Shown here: one piece after another, positions 28,721-37,147 of the stretch
Layout: every line of letters begins with the position of its first letter
Position numbering within the stretch: the stretch's first letter is position 1
DNA from: a virus
Taxonomy: Duplodnaviria; Caudoviricetes
Strand: one strand, 5' to 3'
Virus record (IMG/VR): IMGVR_UViG_3300017728_000004
Span: 1-62,607 of that record
Length of the DNA stretch: 62,607 nt
Program-made: the position numbers and the translations under genes
The notes under the pieces: generated by a model
Told to the model about the DNA's origin: nothing
What the model saw: the letters and a program-made list of their open reading frames with translations, nothing else
Databases searched by the model: none

Positions 28721-29926
28721 ATGGGTCAATTTAACGTAGATCATCTACAAGCAACTAATATTACTAGTAGTGGTATTTTACAGGCACTCGGTGGATTTAA
28801 GTTCCCCTCTGTTACTACTTCAACTAGACCTAGTAGTCCTATCGCTGGTCAAACTGTTTATAATAGTGATGAAGTAGCACTAGAAGTTTATGATGGATCT
28901 GCATGGCAAACTATCGCTGGTGGTGGTGTGTTTCCTACATGGGCAAATGTTGCGGGAAGACCATCATCTGGTCTGGTGAATGCATATACAGGTATTAACA
29001 TTGCAGATTCAAAATTAGAAATTTATGACCTTGCTAATACTGAATGGATTCAAATTGGATTAGGTCAATCTAATCCTATTACTGCTAGTGGTGGTGATAA
29101 TGAATATACTCCTGGCGATGGTTTTAAGTATCACGTATTTACATCTGATGGAACATTAACAGTATCGGCAGGAAATGATGATGTTCAATATGTTGTAGTT
29201 GCTGGTGGCGGAGGCGGCGGTGGCGGTGACGTTGGTTGTGGTGGTGGTGCTGGTGGATATCGTTCTAATGTTCCTGGTTTCCCTTCGGGTGGCGGTAGTG
29301 CTGCTGAACCATCAATGACGCTCGCTCCTGGAACTTATCCTGTTGTTGTTGGTCCTGGTGGTCCTGGATCTAGTAGTTCTCCTTCTGATGCTAGTGACGG
29401 TGGCGAATCTAGTTTCAATGGCATCGTTTCCGCTGGTGGTGGTGGCGGTGCATCATGGGGTTCTGGAGAAGGTCGCTCTGGTGGATCTGGTGGTGGATCT
29501 GCTAGCACCCGTACTGGTGCAGCAGGAACAGCAAACCAAGGTTTCGCTGGTGCTAGTGGTCGTGGTGGTCCCCACTACCCTCAAGGCGGAGGCGGTGGCG
29601 CTGGTGGCGCTGGTGAACCCTCCAGAAATAATGATTTTGCTGGAAACGGTGGTTTTGGTCTTGTTAATCCCTTTGGCGCTGTTACTTCAATAGGAGAAAG
29701 AGTTAACAAAAGCTATTGGTTAGCAGGTGGCGGTGGTGGTGGAGTTGAATCCAACGCTGAGACTGGTCGCGGTGGTCTAGGTGGCGGCGGCATTGGTGGT
29801 CGTCAAAGTCCTAACACTGACCCGTCTCCAGGCAGTGCTAACACTGGTGGCGGTGGCGGTGGAGAGGATAGCGGCACGGGTGGTGCTGGTGGATCTGGTG
29901 TTGTGATGATCAGGTACGCAAACTAA
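28721..29926 (+). CDS. Fibre-associated protein, array member 7, glycine-rich domain
   Basis: Two module copies; YHVFTSDGT...VVAGGGGGG...GGSGVVMIRY; CTAAATA at 28692. Confidence 0.8.
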   Translation: MGQFNVDHLQATNITSSGILQALGGFKFPSVTTSTRPSSPIAGQTVYNSDEVALEVYDGSAWQTIAGGGVFPTWANVAGRPSSGLVNAYTGINIADSKLEIYDLANTEWIQIGLGQSNPITASGGDNEYTPGDGFKYHVFTSDGTLTVSAGNDDVQYVVVAGGGGGGGGDVGCGGGAGGYRSNVPGFPSGGGSAAEPSMTLAPGTYPVVVGPGGPGSSSSPSDASDGGESSFNGIVSAGGGGGASWGSGEGRSGGSGGGSASTRTGAAGTANQGFAGASGRGGPHYPQGGGGGAGGAGEPSRNNDFAGNGGFGLVNPFGAVTSIGERVNKSYWLAGGGGGGVESNAETGRGGLGGGGIGGRQSPNTDPSPGSANTGGGGGGEDSGTGGAGGSGVVMIRYAN

Positions 29927-29980
29927 CCAACTCAACAACTGTCACACCCCCTTGCATAGGGGGTTTTTTTATGCTATGCT
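29927..29980 (+). promoter_or_regulatory. Early promoter module 1
   Basis: Degenerate CCAACT..AACTGTCAC element; TTGCAT(29952)-17-TATGCT(29975). Confidence 0.7.
29946..29970 (+). terminator. Rho-independent terminator overlapping an early promoter
   Basis: ACCCCCT-TGCAT-AGGGGGT followed by a T run. Confidence 0.85.
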
Positions 29981-30005
29981 TACTAGGTAATCAAAGGTTA
30001 AACCG

Positions 30006-30218
30006 ATGCCTCAATTCACTCTCATTTGTACTGATGAGGACCAGACTGTAACAACTAAAGAATTTGAAGCATCTATTTTGCAGGAAGTTGTTGAAAAAAC
30101 TCAAGACTTTTTGAAGGGTGTTGGATACTGCTTTGAAGAATTGCACACTCAGATTTATCCTGTACCTGAAAGGGATGATACTGAGTACAGTTCTCTTTAT
30201 CGTAATGTTGATTCCTGA
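30006..30218 (+). CDS. Hypothetical protein
   Basis: 70 aa ORF with AAAGGT SD after the promoter. Confidence 0.75.
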   Translation: MPQFTLICTDEDQTVTTKEFEASILQEVVEKTQDFLKGVGYCFEELHTQIYPVPERDDTEYSSLYRNVDS

Positions 30219-30259
30219 TACATATACCTGTAGTTTATCTTAACTTCAAATTCAAGACA

Positions 30260-30448
30260 ATGGGCAAGACTTTTCGACGTGGTGGTGCCGAAAGAGGTTA
30301 TTACTCTCCTGGAAAATCCATCCGTGATAAACGTCAACGAGGCGGAACTAATCGATCAAACTGGGGAGAAGATTCTAGTGACAATTACCAATCCAAAAAC
30401 AACAAAAAAGGAAAACGTGGAGTTGAGTTTGAAGATGATGGATGGTAA
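30260..30448 (+). CDS. Small basic hypothetical protein
   Basis: MGKTFRRGG... 62 aa. Confidence 0.7.
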   Translation: MGKTFRRGGAERGYYSPGKSIRDKRQRGGTNRSNWGEDSSDNYQSKNNKKGKRGVEFEDDGW

Positions 30449-30542
30449 CGATCTCGATGAAATCGAAAACTTTTATGAAGACATAGAGTTTGACGATGGA
30501 TCCGAGATAGAATACGATCTAGACTACACTACTCAAGCATAA
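30438..30542 (+). CDS. Small acidic hypothetical protein
   Basis: MDGNDLDEIENFYEDIEFDD...; overlaps the upstream stop; start uncertain. Confidence 0.45.
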   Translation: MDGNDLDEIENFYEDIEFDDGSEIEYDLDYTTQA

Positions 30543-30554
30543 CTAACTAATCGA

Positions 30555-30740
30555 ATGGACTTCGACTCTGAATCTCAAGACGTAAAGTTTAATCGGGGAC
30601 TTGATCTCTTCATGGAGTCTGTTCTCAAACCTGACACTAAATTACGTCAATGTGCTCACAATCAACAATGCTATCACGAACTAATGTATATTCGTGAGTA
30701 TGTAATGGGTTACCTTAAAACTTTAAGGAGGGCAGACTAG
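30555..30740 (+). CDS. Hypothetical protein
   Basis: 61 aa; FNRGLDLFMESVLKPD..LRQCAHNQ.CY.ELM. Confidence 0.75.
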   Translation: MDFDSESQDVKFNRGLDLFMESVLKPDTKLRQCAHNQQCYHELMYIREYVMGYLKTLRRAD

Positions 30741-30741
30741 C

Positions 30742-30936
30742 ATGCAATTTTTACACTCTGCAATCCTTGATCAGGAACAAAAAGTAGTTATAAAAGATGC
30801 GTTAGTCATGTATATTTCTAATTTGCAAAAGCGCTACTACCGTGATAAGATGATTGAAGAATCTCTATATCTTAAAAAGATGAGAGAGATTGAACAAATC
30901 GTTGAGGCACTACATCTATCTGACTTATATCGATGA
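30742..30936 (+). CDS. Hypothetical protein
   Basis: 64 aa with AGGAGG SD. Confidence 0.75.
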   Translation: MQFLHSAILDQEQKVVIKDALVMYISNLQKRYYRDKMIEESLYLKKMREIEQIVEALHLSDLYR

Positions 30937-31103
30937 AAAAAGACATTCAATTGCTAAAACATGCAATCAAAGCAGGCAATGCAGATCCCTTCCTCTATAC
31001 TGAAGAAGAGATGCATCGCTTAAAGAAAAAACTTCGTCAATTGAAAGATTGGCATCGCTCTAGTAACATTGCTCAAAAAGGTGGATTTGGTTATGAATTT
31101 TGA
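30933..31103 (+). CDS. Small hypothetical protein
   Basis: Hand-translated MKKDIQLLKHAIK...KGGFGYEF (56 aa); ATGA coupling. Confidence 0.65.
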   Translation: MKKDIQLLKHAIKAGNADPFLYTEEEMHRLKKKLRQLKDWHRSSNIAQKGGFGYEF

Positions 31104-31224
31104 TGAGAACTTTGACATCTCTTGGGATGACACTGATATCTGTCAGGCACCCGAAGATGATTGGATTTCTGCTGTTCTTGGCAGCGAATGTGAAGTAATC
31201 GATGAACTTATCTATGAACAATGA
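31093..31224 (+). CDS. Small acidic hypothetical protein
   Basis: Hand-translated MNFDENFDISWDD... (43 aa); overlaps both neighbours. Confidence 0.55.
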   Translation: MNFDENFDISWDDTDICQAPEDDWISAVLGSECEVIDELIYEQ

Positions 31225-31369
31225 TCGCTGGCGTATTACTTGGCGTAAAGAAAAGAAAGTTGAAGGGTGCTTTTCAAATCAAGAGATCTTTGTATATGGT
31301 ATTGACAATGTTGAGTATGTGATTAAAACAATGGTCCCCACTGATGAATGGAGTGTAACACCTGCATGA
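31214..31369 (+). CDS. Small hypothetical protein
   Basis: Hand-translated MNNDRWRITWRKEKK... (51 aa); ATGA coupling downstream. Confidence 0.6.
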   Translation: MNNDRWRITWRKEKKVEGCFSNQEIFVYGIDNVEYVIKTMVPTDEWSVTPA

Positions 31370-31659
31370 AATTGTCTGATCAACAACTTCAACCACATGA
31401 ACCCCCTGAAGGATATCGATATGAGACAGTTTGCTTTAAGACTAATGTTTGTGCAGTGTGGATTATATCTGATCATAGGTTCCTTTATAATGATAACAAT
31501 CCCTCTCGTTGTATCTGGGGTTTCTACAACACAAAGACCAAACATTACCACAGTCCAGTAACACATAAGAAGGTTGGAGATCGTGTTAACTTGAGTGATA
31601 CTTCTCCTTATTCGGCAATGGTTAAACACCTAGTCGGGTTAGAAAAGTTCTTTGTATGA
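31366..31659 (+). CDS. Hypothetical protein
   Basis: PHEPPEGYRYE...CIWGFYNTKT...SPYSAM; ATG 31366. Confidence 0.75.
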   Translation: MKLSDQQLQPHEPPEGYRYETVCFKTNVCAVWIISDHRFLYNDNNPSRCIWGFYNTKTKHYHSPVTHKKVGDRVNLSDTSPYSAMVKHLVGLEKFFV

Positions 31660-31724
31660 CAGTCGCTGAACTGGTTCGGATCCCTTGACGGGGGTCCTTT
31701 TTTATGCCATACTATAAGAGTCAA
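31658..31724 (+). promoter_or_regulatory. Early promoter module 2 with embedded terminator hairpin
   Basis: ACAGTC-N4-AACTGG; hairpin GGATCCCT-TGAC-GGGGGTCC plus T6 (31678-31703); TTGACG(31685)-17-CATACT(31708); ATAAGAGTCAA. Confidence 0.8.
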
Positions 31725-31735
31725 GCAGGCACCCC

Positions 31736-31957
31736 ATGACCCGCTCAACCAGACCATTGAAAATGTCTGAAGCATTCAAACTAGTGAAGCATGCTGGAGG
31801 CGTTGTAACCTCAGCAGGCAAGCATCTGAAGGTTTCACACCCTTCCATCCTTCAGACTTTTACGCTACCCTACGGGGGCAGCAGAGGACGCCCCACGCTC
31901 TCTCCAGGCATCTCATCTGAACTCCGTAAGTATCTCAAACTAACCCATGTATCCTAA
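31736..31957 (+). CDS. HicA-like toxin/mRNA interferase (no adjacent HicB)
   Basis: MSEAFKLVKHAGG...AGKHLKVSHP...TFTLP...LSPGISSELRK matches the HicA pattern (GxH His, HP, xxP, LxxG). Confidence 0.6.
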   Translation: MTRSTRPLKMSEAFKLVKHAGGVVTSAGKHLKVSHPSILQTFTLPYGGSRGRPTLSPGISSELRKYLKLTHVS

Positions 31958-32555
31958 TAAACTTAAAGAAGTTCTTGCCTTTCTTAATTCAATTCAGATT
32001 GATATTGCTGAAGGACATGAAGACGGACGTATTAACAGTATCACTGATGAGGACACACTAATTGATCTTCTGATCGAAGAGTTTGGTGCTGACAATATCA
32101 TCAAACCACCCCCAAGATGCTGGTGGGATGTTAAGATCTTCGGTTACTTCTTTAACATCAAGTCCTCTGGATATGATGCTGCTGATAACTTTTCTTCCAA
32201 GTCTGCTATTCTGTGGGCACTCACCTCATTAAGTGAGGAAGATGTAGTTATCAAGGGCAGAGATCAGTGGAAGCAGTTTCAAGATAGACTGAAAGATGCT
32301 AAGGATACTGACAACAATAGAGACTATTATATCTTATCAATTAATAAGAATACCAATGAAGTTCATCTGTCCTCACTGAAGACACTGAACAGAATCACAT
32401 CTAACGGTAACAATCTACCATTCCAAATCAATTGGAAGCATAACACTACTACGGTCAATCGTACTCATAGACAGGCATACGATTTTCTGGTACAATGTTA
32501 CAAGGAATCTGTACGCAAAAAACTATCACAGCATGACGACTATGAATCTCTTTGA
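31947..32555 (+). CDS. Putative type II restriction endonuclease (PD-(D/E)xK-like)
   Basis: EDGRINS..DE, R.WWDV...FNIKSS...ADN, RDYYIL..NK, NGNNLPFQINW; overlaps a DNA methyltransferase gene. Confidence 0.65.
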   Translation: MYPNKLKEVLAFLNSIQIDIAEGHEDGRINSITDEDTLIDLLIEEFGADNIIKPPPRCWWDVKIFGYFFNIKSSGYDAADNFSSKSAILWALTSLSEEDVVIKGRDQWKQFQDRLKDAKDTDNNRDYYILSINKNTNEVHLSSLKTLNRITSNGNNLPFQINWKHNTTTVNRTHRQAYDFLVQCYKESVRKKLSQHDDYESL

Positions 32556-33306
32556 GTTACATCAAGGTGACTGTCTTTCACTGATGAATGACATTCAGGA
32601 TAAATCCATCGATCTTATCTGCTGTGATCCCCCATACGGCACCACGAGCATCAAGTGGGATGAAGTTTTGGACTTTAACACTATGTGGGCACAATATGAT
32701 CGCATATTGAAACCCAAGGGTGTAATCGTGCTGTTTGGATCACAACCATTCTCGGCACAATTGATCTGCTCTAAGTTAGATTGGTTTCGCTATGAGTTAG
32801 TATGGAACAAGAACAAATGTGGTAGTCCTGGACTAGCAAAGAAGCGACCAATGAAGACGCATGAGAATATACTCATCTTCTACAAAGAAGCAGGTGGAAC
32901 ATATAATCCACAGATGGAAGTTGGAGAACCGTATGCACGGACTAGCAAGAATCCTGAGGGTTATGTAGGACGCAAGAATGACCATGGTTATGGTATGAAA
33001 CCGCGTAAATCTTTCGAGAACAAAGGAACACGCTATCCCAAGTCAATTGTTAACATCTCTAGAGACTTTAGCGCACAACAGCAAGTGCATCCCACGCAAA
33101 AACCTGTGCCTTTAATGGAGTGGTTGATCAAAACTTACTCTAATGAGGGTGAAACTGTGCTGGACAATTGCATGGGTTCAGGTTCTACTGGTGTCGCTGC
33201 GGTAAAACTTAATAGAAAGTTTATTGGCATTGACAATGATGCGGAATATGTTAGAATCTCTCAAGAAAGAATTGAATCAATCCCTATCGATATTACAAAT
33301 CTATGA
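32533..33306 (+). CDS. Beta-class amino (N6A/N4C) DNA methyltransferase
   Basis: GDCL...DLICCDPPYG (motif IV) precedes HPTQKP...VLDNCMGSGSTG (motifs X/I); alternative start 32542. Confidence 0.93.
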   Translation: MTTMNLFELHQGDCLSLMNDIQDKSIDLICCDPPYGTTSIKWDEVLDFNTMWAQYDRILKPKGVIVLFGSQPFSAQLICSKLDWFRYELVWNKNKCGSPGLAKKRPMKTHENILIFYKEAGGTYNPQMEVGEPYARTSKNPEGYVGRKNDHGYGMKPRKSFENKGTRYPKSIVNISRDFSAQQQVHPTQKPVPLMEWLIKTYSNEGETVLDNCMGSGSTGVAAVKLNRKFIGIDNDAEYVRISQERIESIPIDITNL

Positions 33307-34568
33307 CATACACAGCATTGGACGAAAAGTTTTTGACTGAAAACACAGAAATCATCACAGAAGAGAATCTTAATGAGAATCTTTTCTTCAATAATGAGAA
33401 TCTTGCTCATCATCGTACTATGTCAGAACTACCTCAGGGTGGTTACTATCGTCTGACTACTGCACTCAATCGCAGGCAACGTCGTGCATATGGAAGACTG
33501 CTTAAAAAGCAACTTCAAGCAATCGATATCAGGCAAATTCATCCTCCTTGCGTACCACTTAGCAACCGTAAAACTGGTGAGGTTATCTATCCTAATGGAT
33601 TGCAGATTCGTGCGGATGTGACTACTAACGTTGATACTATTGCAAAGTTTCAGAAGGTAATCGCTGCTAATGAATGGGAGGCAACTAAAGATCAGATGAT
33701 GTTGATTGTGCTCCCTGAAGAATACCAATACATCGATGAATTGACTGGGGTTAAAGTTATCTACGGTTTGCTCGATGGCAATCATCGATTCAAGGCAATT
33801 AATGGTCTCGCGGAAGATGTTATCTTTGCATGGGTTCTTGATATGAATCTAGGAGAGATCTGGGAGTTTGGTAATGCCTTCTGCAATCGTGATACTAATG
33901 TAGTTCAACCCAGAACTAATGCTGATATCTCTAACGCACTGGTTAAAACTGTTACTGACCCTGAGTCCGATTTGCATCAGTTAGTAGAGGCAACTAAAGT
34001 AGAAGGATATACTGGAAAGAATATTGATGAGATTCTAGAGGCGAAACTTAGGGAAGATTATGATGTAGGTGGCACACAAATCAATGCCGTTCTTCGTATC
34101 TTCAATGCTAGTGAAGAGCATGAATATCACTCTGATATTAAACGCTACTATGCTCCTGAGGTTAGTGAGTGGGTCACTCGCAATCGTCCTGGATGGGTGA
34201 TTATGGATGGTGCTAAAACCTCCGAGGGAATTTATAGAAACCCCGAGACAGATCAGATCTGTCTTGTGTATATCGATAAAGGATCTGTTATGCTACACAC
34301 TGTTTTGAAACTTGCTAAGATGGTGCAACAATATCCTGACAAAGGTTTCATGGTGATTCATGTTGTTTCTCCTGAGGTTGCTAACTCCTTCACCGAGGAA
34401 AGTATTAAAGCAAAGGATAATGTTATCAAAAATGAATTCTATGAAATGATCCGAGATATTGCAGGTCTAGGTAATATGTTAGACACCGACAAAGGTATTC
34501 ACATTCGTCACGCTAGATTGCCTCTATATCCAAATGAAATGACTCGTAACAGTTTGATATATGTGTGA
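33303..34568 (+). CDS. ParB/Srx-like domain protein
   Basis: 421 aa; YGLLDGNHRFKAI motif; ATGA coupling to the methyltransferase. Confidence 0.65.
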   Translation: MTYTALDEKFLTENTEIITEENLNENLFFNNENLAHHRTMSELPQGGYYRLTTALNRRQRRAYGRLLKKQLQAIDIRQIHPPCVPLSNRKTGEVIYPNGLQIRADVTTNVDTIAKFQKVIAANEWEATKDQMMLIVLPEEYQYIDELTGVKVIYGLLDGNHRFKAINGLAEDVIFAWVLDMNLGEIWEFGNAFCNRDTNVVQPRTNADISNALVKTVTDPESDLHQLVEATKVEGYTGKNIDEILEAKLREDYDVGGTQINAVLRIFNASEEHEYHSDIKRYYAPEVSEWVTRNRPGWVIMDGAKTSEGIYRNPETDQICLVYIDKGSVMLHTVLKLAKMVQQYPDKGFMVIHVVSPEVANSFTEESIKAKDNVIKNEFYEMIRDIAGLGNMLDTDKGIHIRHARLPLYPNEMTRNSLIYV

Positions 34569-34637
34569 CGATTGAACTAGTGGCACACGGTTGCCCCACA
34601 GCACCCCAAAATCGTGTATATTAAGAGAGTCAAAGGA
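34563..34637 (+). promoter_or_regulatory. Early promoter module 3
   Basis: GTGTGAC...GGCACAC inverted repeat; -10 TATATT(34617); AAGAGAGTCAAAGGA leader. Confidence 0.65.
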
Positions 34638-34646
34638 ACACACCCC

Positions 34647-34919
34647 ATGCAACTCACAAACAACGTCACCACTGTTGATTTCTTCCCTGAGGCATTCATT
34701 GCTGAGGCAGATGAAGTCAAAGGCATGAAAGTTGTTGTCAAACGTTTCAACAAGCGTGTCACATTCAATGCTAACGGTCTCAAGTCTTACAGCACTGTGA
34801 CAGCACTTACCGCACGTAATGAGTGGAATGAGCGTATTGCTGGAGGTGCTGAGGTTACTAACTACAACCTCGATAAAATGCCTCGCTCTGAGTATGCTCC
34901 CATGGCATGTGTTGGTTGA
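34647..34919 (+). CDS. Hypothetical protein
   Basis: MQLTNNVTTVDFFPEAF...; AAAGGA SD. Confidence 0.8.
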   Translation: MQLTNNVTTVDFFPEAFIAEADEVKGMKVVVKRFNKRVTFNANGLKSYSTVTALTARNEWNERIAGGAEVTNYNLDKMPRSEYAPMACVG

Positions 34920-34996
34920 TTAAGTAACATTCAGGGCAGCATAGGATCGGGAGACCGATTCACAGCGTAAGACCCATTCCTTTCTTATCTAACATC

Positions 34997-35176
34997 ATGA
35001 TTCTCGATTTACCAGTTTACAAGAAACAACTCCCACAAATATGGATGGAGGATGGTAAGTTCATCATTGAATCTGACTCGTTTCGTTATGTTATTGAAGA
35101 TGACTTGAAACTCTTGTTTAAGTTATGCAGACGCTTTAAGTCTGACGCTATCGCACAAACTTACGCTACTAACTGA
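34997..35176 (+). CDS. Small hypothetical protein
   Basis: Hand-translated MILDLPVYKKQLPQIW... (59 aa). Confidence 0.6.
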   Translation: MILDLPVYKKQLPQIWMEDGKFIIESDSFRYVIEDDLKLLFKLCRRFKSDAIAQTYATN

Positions 35177-35180
35177 CATC

Positions 35181-35354
35181 ATGGCAAAACAACTCATCGA
35201 AACTACACACCATGTGGTTGAATTTGAATCGAAGAAAGTATATAAGCAAGTCCTTGGTAAGTGTAAAGAATTAGACATCAGTTTGGACCACTATTTGTTT
35301 GAGTTTGATCTCAGCGAGAACGATCAAGAATGGATCGAGTCGCTGACCAGTTGA
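35181..35354 (+). CDS. Small hypothetical protein
   Basis: Hand-translated MAKQLIETTHH...LDHYLFEF (57 aa). Confidence 0.6.
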   Translation: MAKQLIETTHHVVEFESKKVYKQVLGKCKELDISLDHYLFEFDLSENDQEWIESLTS

Positions 35355-35414
35355 GGAACTGGACACAAAACCCCCTAAAGCACCTCAAAAGGTGCCATAC
35401 TATAAGAGTCAAAG
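35345..35414 (+). promoter_or_regulatory. Early promoter module 4
   Basis: Perfect CCAGTT-GAGG-AACTGG palindrome; -10 CATACT(35396); ATAAGAGTCAAAG. Confidence 0.75.
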
Positions 35415-35426
35415 AAACGCCCTCGC

Positions 35427-36665
35427 ATGCAACTCCGTCCCCACCAGCAACGCGCCTTCGATGCCATGCAAGAGCATGACTGTGGTCAGGTGATCATTCC
35501 AACTGGCGGCGGTAAGACTTACATTATGATCGCAGATGCTCTGCATCGTGCTGCACAGGGTCAAACGATTGTTGTTGTTGCTCCACGTATCTTGCTCGCT
35601 AATCAACTCTGTGAGGAGTTTATGGAGCATATCAGTGGCACCTGGACGCATGTCTGCCATGCACATAGTGGAGAGACTCACTACTTCAGCAGCACAAAAC
35701 CTGAGAAGATTGCACTCTTCAATGATACTGCGCGTGCTGCAAAAGAGTCCTGCATTATATTCACCACCTATCATTCTCTGCACCGCGTTGTAGATAGTGG
35801 CATCAATATTGACACTATCTATTTCGATGAAGCACACAATGGTTGCGGTCGTCACTTCCACAAAGCAGTATTTGCTACGGCACAGTATGCCAAGCGTCGT
35901 TACTATTTCACTGCTACTCCTAAGAATGGTCGTGGTGTGAGTCTTTCGCGTGGCATGAATAACACCTCTGTTTATGGTCGCACTCTGTGCAATGTTCCTG
36001 CTGCTGAGTTGATCGCTGCTGGTGCAATCGTTCCCCCTAAAATTGTTGCTTTCGAGACGAGTCGCACTCGTAACAAGTACAACGCGCACGAGGTTGATGG
36101 TGACAACCTGAAGGATATGTTCGAGCAACTCGATGTATTCCAGAATCCTAAAGTTCTGGTGGCAGCACCATCTAGCAAAGTCTTGGGTAACATGCTCGGA
36201 CAGACTGACATCCTTGATTACTTCTATCGCAAGGGATATGACGTGATGCATATCACCTCCAAGTTTGGTGCTATCATCAACGACAAGAAAGTAGGACGCG
36301 AGGAGTTCTTCAACACGCTGCAATCGTGGGGTGCTGATGACTCTAAGAAGTTTGTGATCTTTCACTATTCTATTCTGTCTGAGGGTATCAATGTGCCAGG
36401 TCTGACACATACAATCTTGCTGCGTAATCTGCCCATCGTAGAGATGGCACAGACAATCGGTCGTGTTATCCGTGTGCATCAAGATGACCGCCGTGATGTT
36501 GCTGAGGGTCGCATTCCTGCTGGTGCGTTTCATCTTTACAAGAAATCTGAGGGCATTGTTACTATGCCAACAGGTTACAAGATGGGCAACGCTATCGCAC
36601 AAAGATTGCAGAACGTTGTTAACGCCATCTTCATCGAAGGTATTCCTCCCGTCGCATTCTGCTAA
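35427..36665 (+). CDS. Superfamily 2 (DEAH/ResIII-like) helicase
   Basis: LRPHQ, PTGGGKT, FDEAH, FTATP, LSEGINVP, QTIGRVIR motifs. Confidence 0.92.
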   Translation: MQLRPHQQRAFDAMQEHDCGQVIIPTGGGKTYIMIADALHRAAQGQTIVVVAPRILLANQLCEEFMEHISGTWTHVCHAHSGETHYFSSTKPEKIALFNDTARAAKESCIIFTTYHSLHRVVDSGINIDTIYFDEAHNGCGRHFHKAVFATAQYAKRRYYFTATPKNGRGVSLSRGMNNTSVYGRTLCNVPAAELIAAGAIVPPKIVAFETSRTRNKYNAHEVDGDNLKDMFEQLDVFQNPKVLVAAPSSKVLGNMLGQTDILDYFYRKGYDVMHITSKFGAIINDKKVGREEFFNTLQSWGADDSKKFVIFHYSILSEGINVPGLTHTILLRNLPIVEMAQTIGRVIRVHQDDRRDVAEGRIPAGAFHLYKKSEGIVTMPTGYKMGNAIAQRLQNVVNAIFIEGIPPVAFC

Positions 36666-36859
36666 TGACACCAACAACAACTAACTCCACTTGGTTCACA
36701 CATACATCCGACAAATTGTATGATCGACATTATTACACCATCAACAAAAAACGATTCGATGACTATGATCAACTCAGAGCATATTGGTGGCAACAAACTA
36801 TCACTAATCAAACTGTGATTGTCCATGATTGCATAAAGAACAAAAAAGGGTTCCGTTAG
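36665..36859 (+). CDS. Hypothetical protein
   Basis: 64 aa, TAATG coupling; WFT.TSD..YDRH.Y. Confidence 0.7.
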   Translation: MTPTTTNSTWFTHTSDKLYDRHYYTINKKRFDDYDQLRAYWWQQTITNQTVIVHDCIKNKKGFR

Positions 36860-36860
36860 T

Positions 36861-36933
36861 GTGCCAGTTGGGGAACTGTACAAAACCCCTTGCAAAATGC
36901 CTCAAAACCTGCAATACTATAAGAGTCAAAGGA
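36861..36933 (+). promoter_or_regulatory. Early promoter module 5
   Basis: GTGCCAGTT-GGGG-AACTGTAC; TTGCAA(36890)-17-AATACT(36913); ATAAGAGTCAAAGGA. Confidence 0.8.
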
Positions 36934-36942
36934 ATTCAACCG

Positions 36943-37116
36943 ATGCGAACCATCACCAAAGCACAAGCACTCCAACAGTTTAAGTACAATTGGATGGTAA
37001 CCAAATCAACAGATAAGGTCGCAAAGCGTGAGGCATGGGGTATCTTCACTGATGAACTTTGCCGTGAAGGTTACATCACCATGAAGAAATACGAGTCCTG
37101 GACTAACCCTTTCTGA
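36943..37116 (+). CDS. Small hypothetical protein (paralogue of 38972..39133)
   Basis: MRTITKAQAL...FTDELCREGYIT...WTNPF; AAAGGA SD. Confidence 0.75.
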   Translation: MRTITKAQALQQFKYNWMVTKSTDKVAKREAWGIFTDELCREGYITMKKYESWTNPF

Positions 37117-37147
37117 TCACCCTTAATTAACACTCACTCATCAAATC

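Noticed and set aside
29200-29900. GC-rich GGT/GGC runs suggesting foreign DNA or G-quadruplexes
   Set aside because: Fully explained by the glycine-rich protein domain.
23179-29926. Diversity-generating retroelement acting on the fibre array
   Set aside because: No reverse transcriptase and no template/variable repeat pair differing at adenines was seen in the window.
35409-36680. 423-aa antisense ORF covering the whole helicase gene
   Set aside because: It mirrors the helicase codon for codon, has no recognisable motifs or expression signals, and is explained by sense-strand codon bias avoiding TTA/CTA/TCA.
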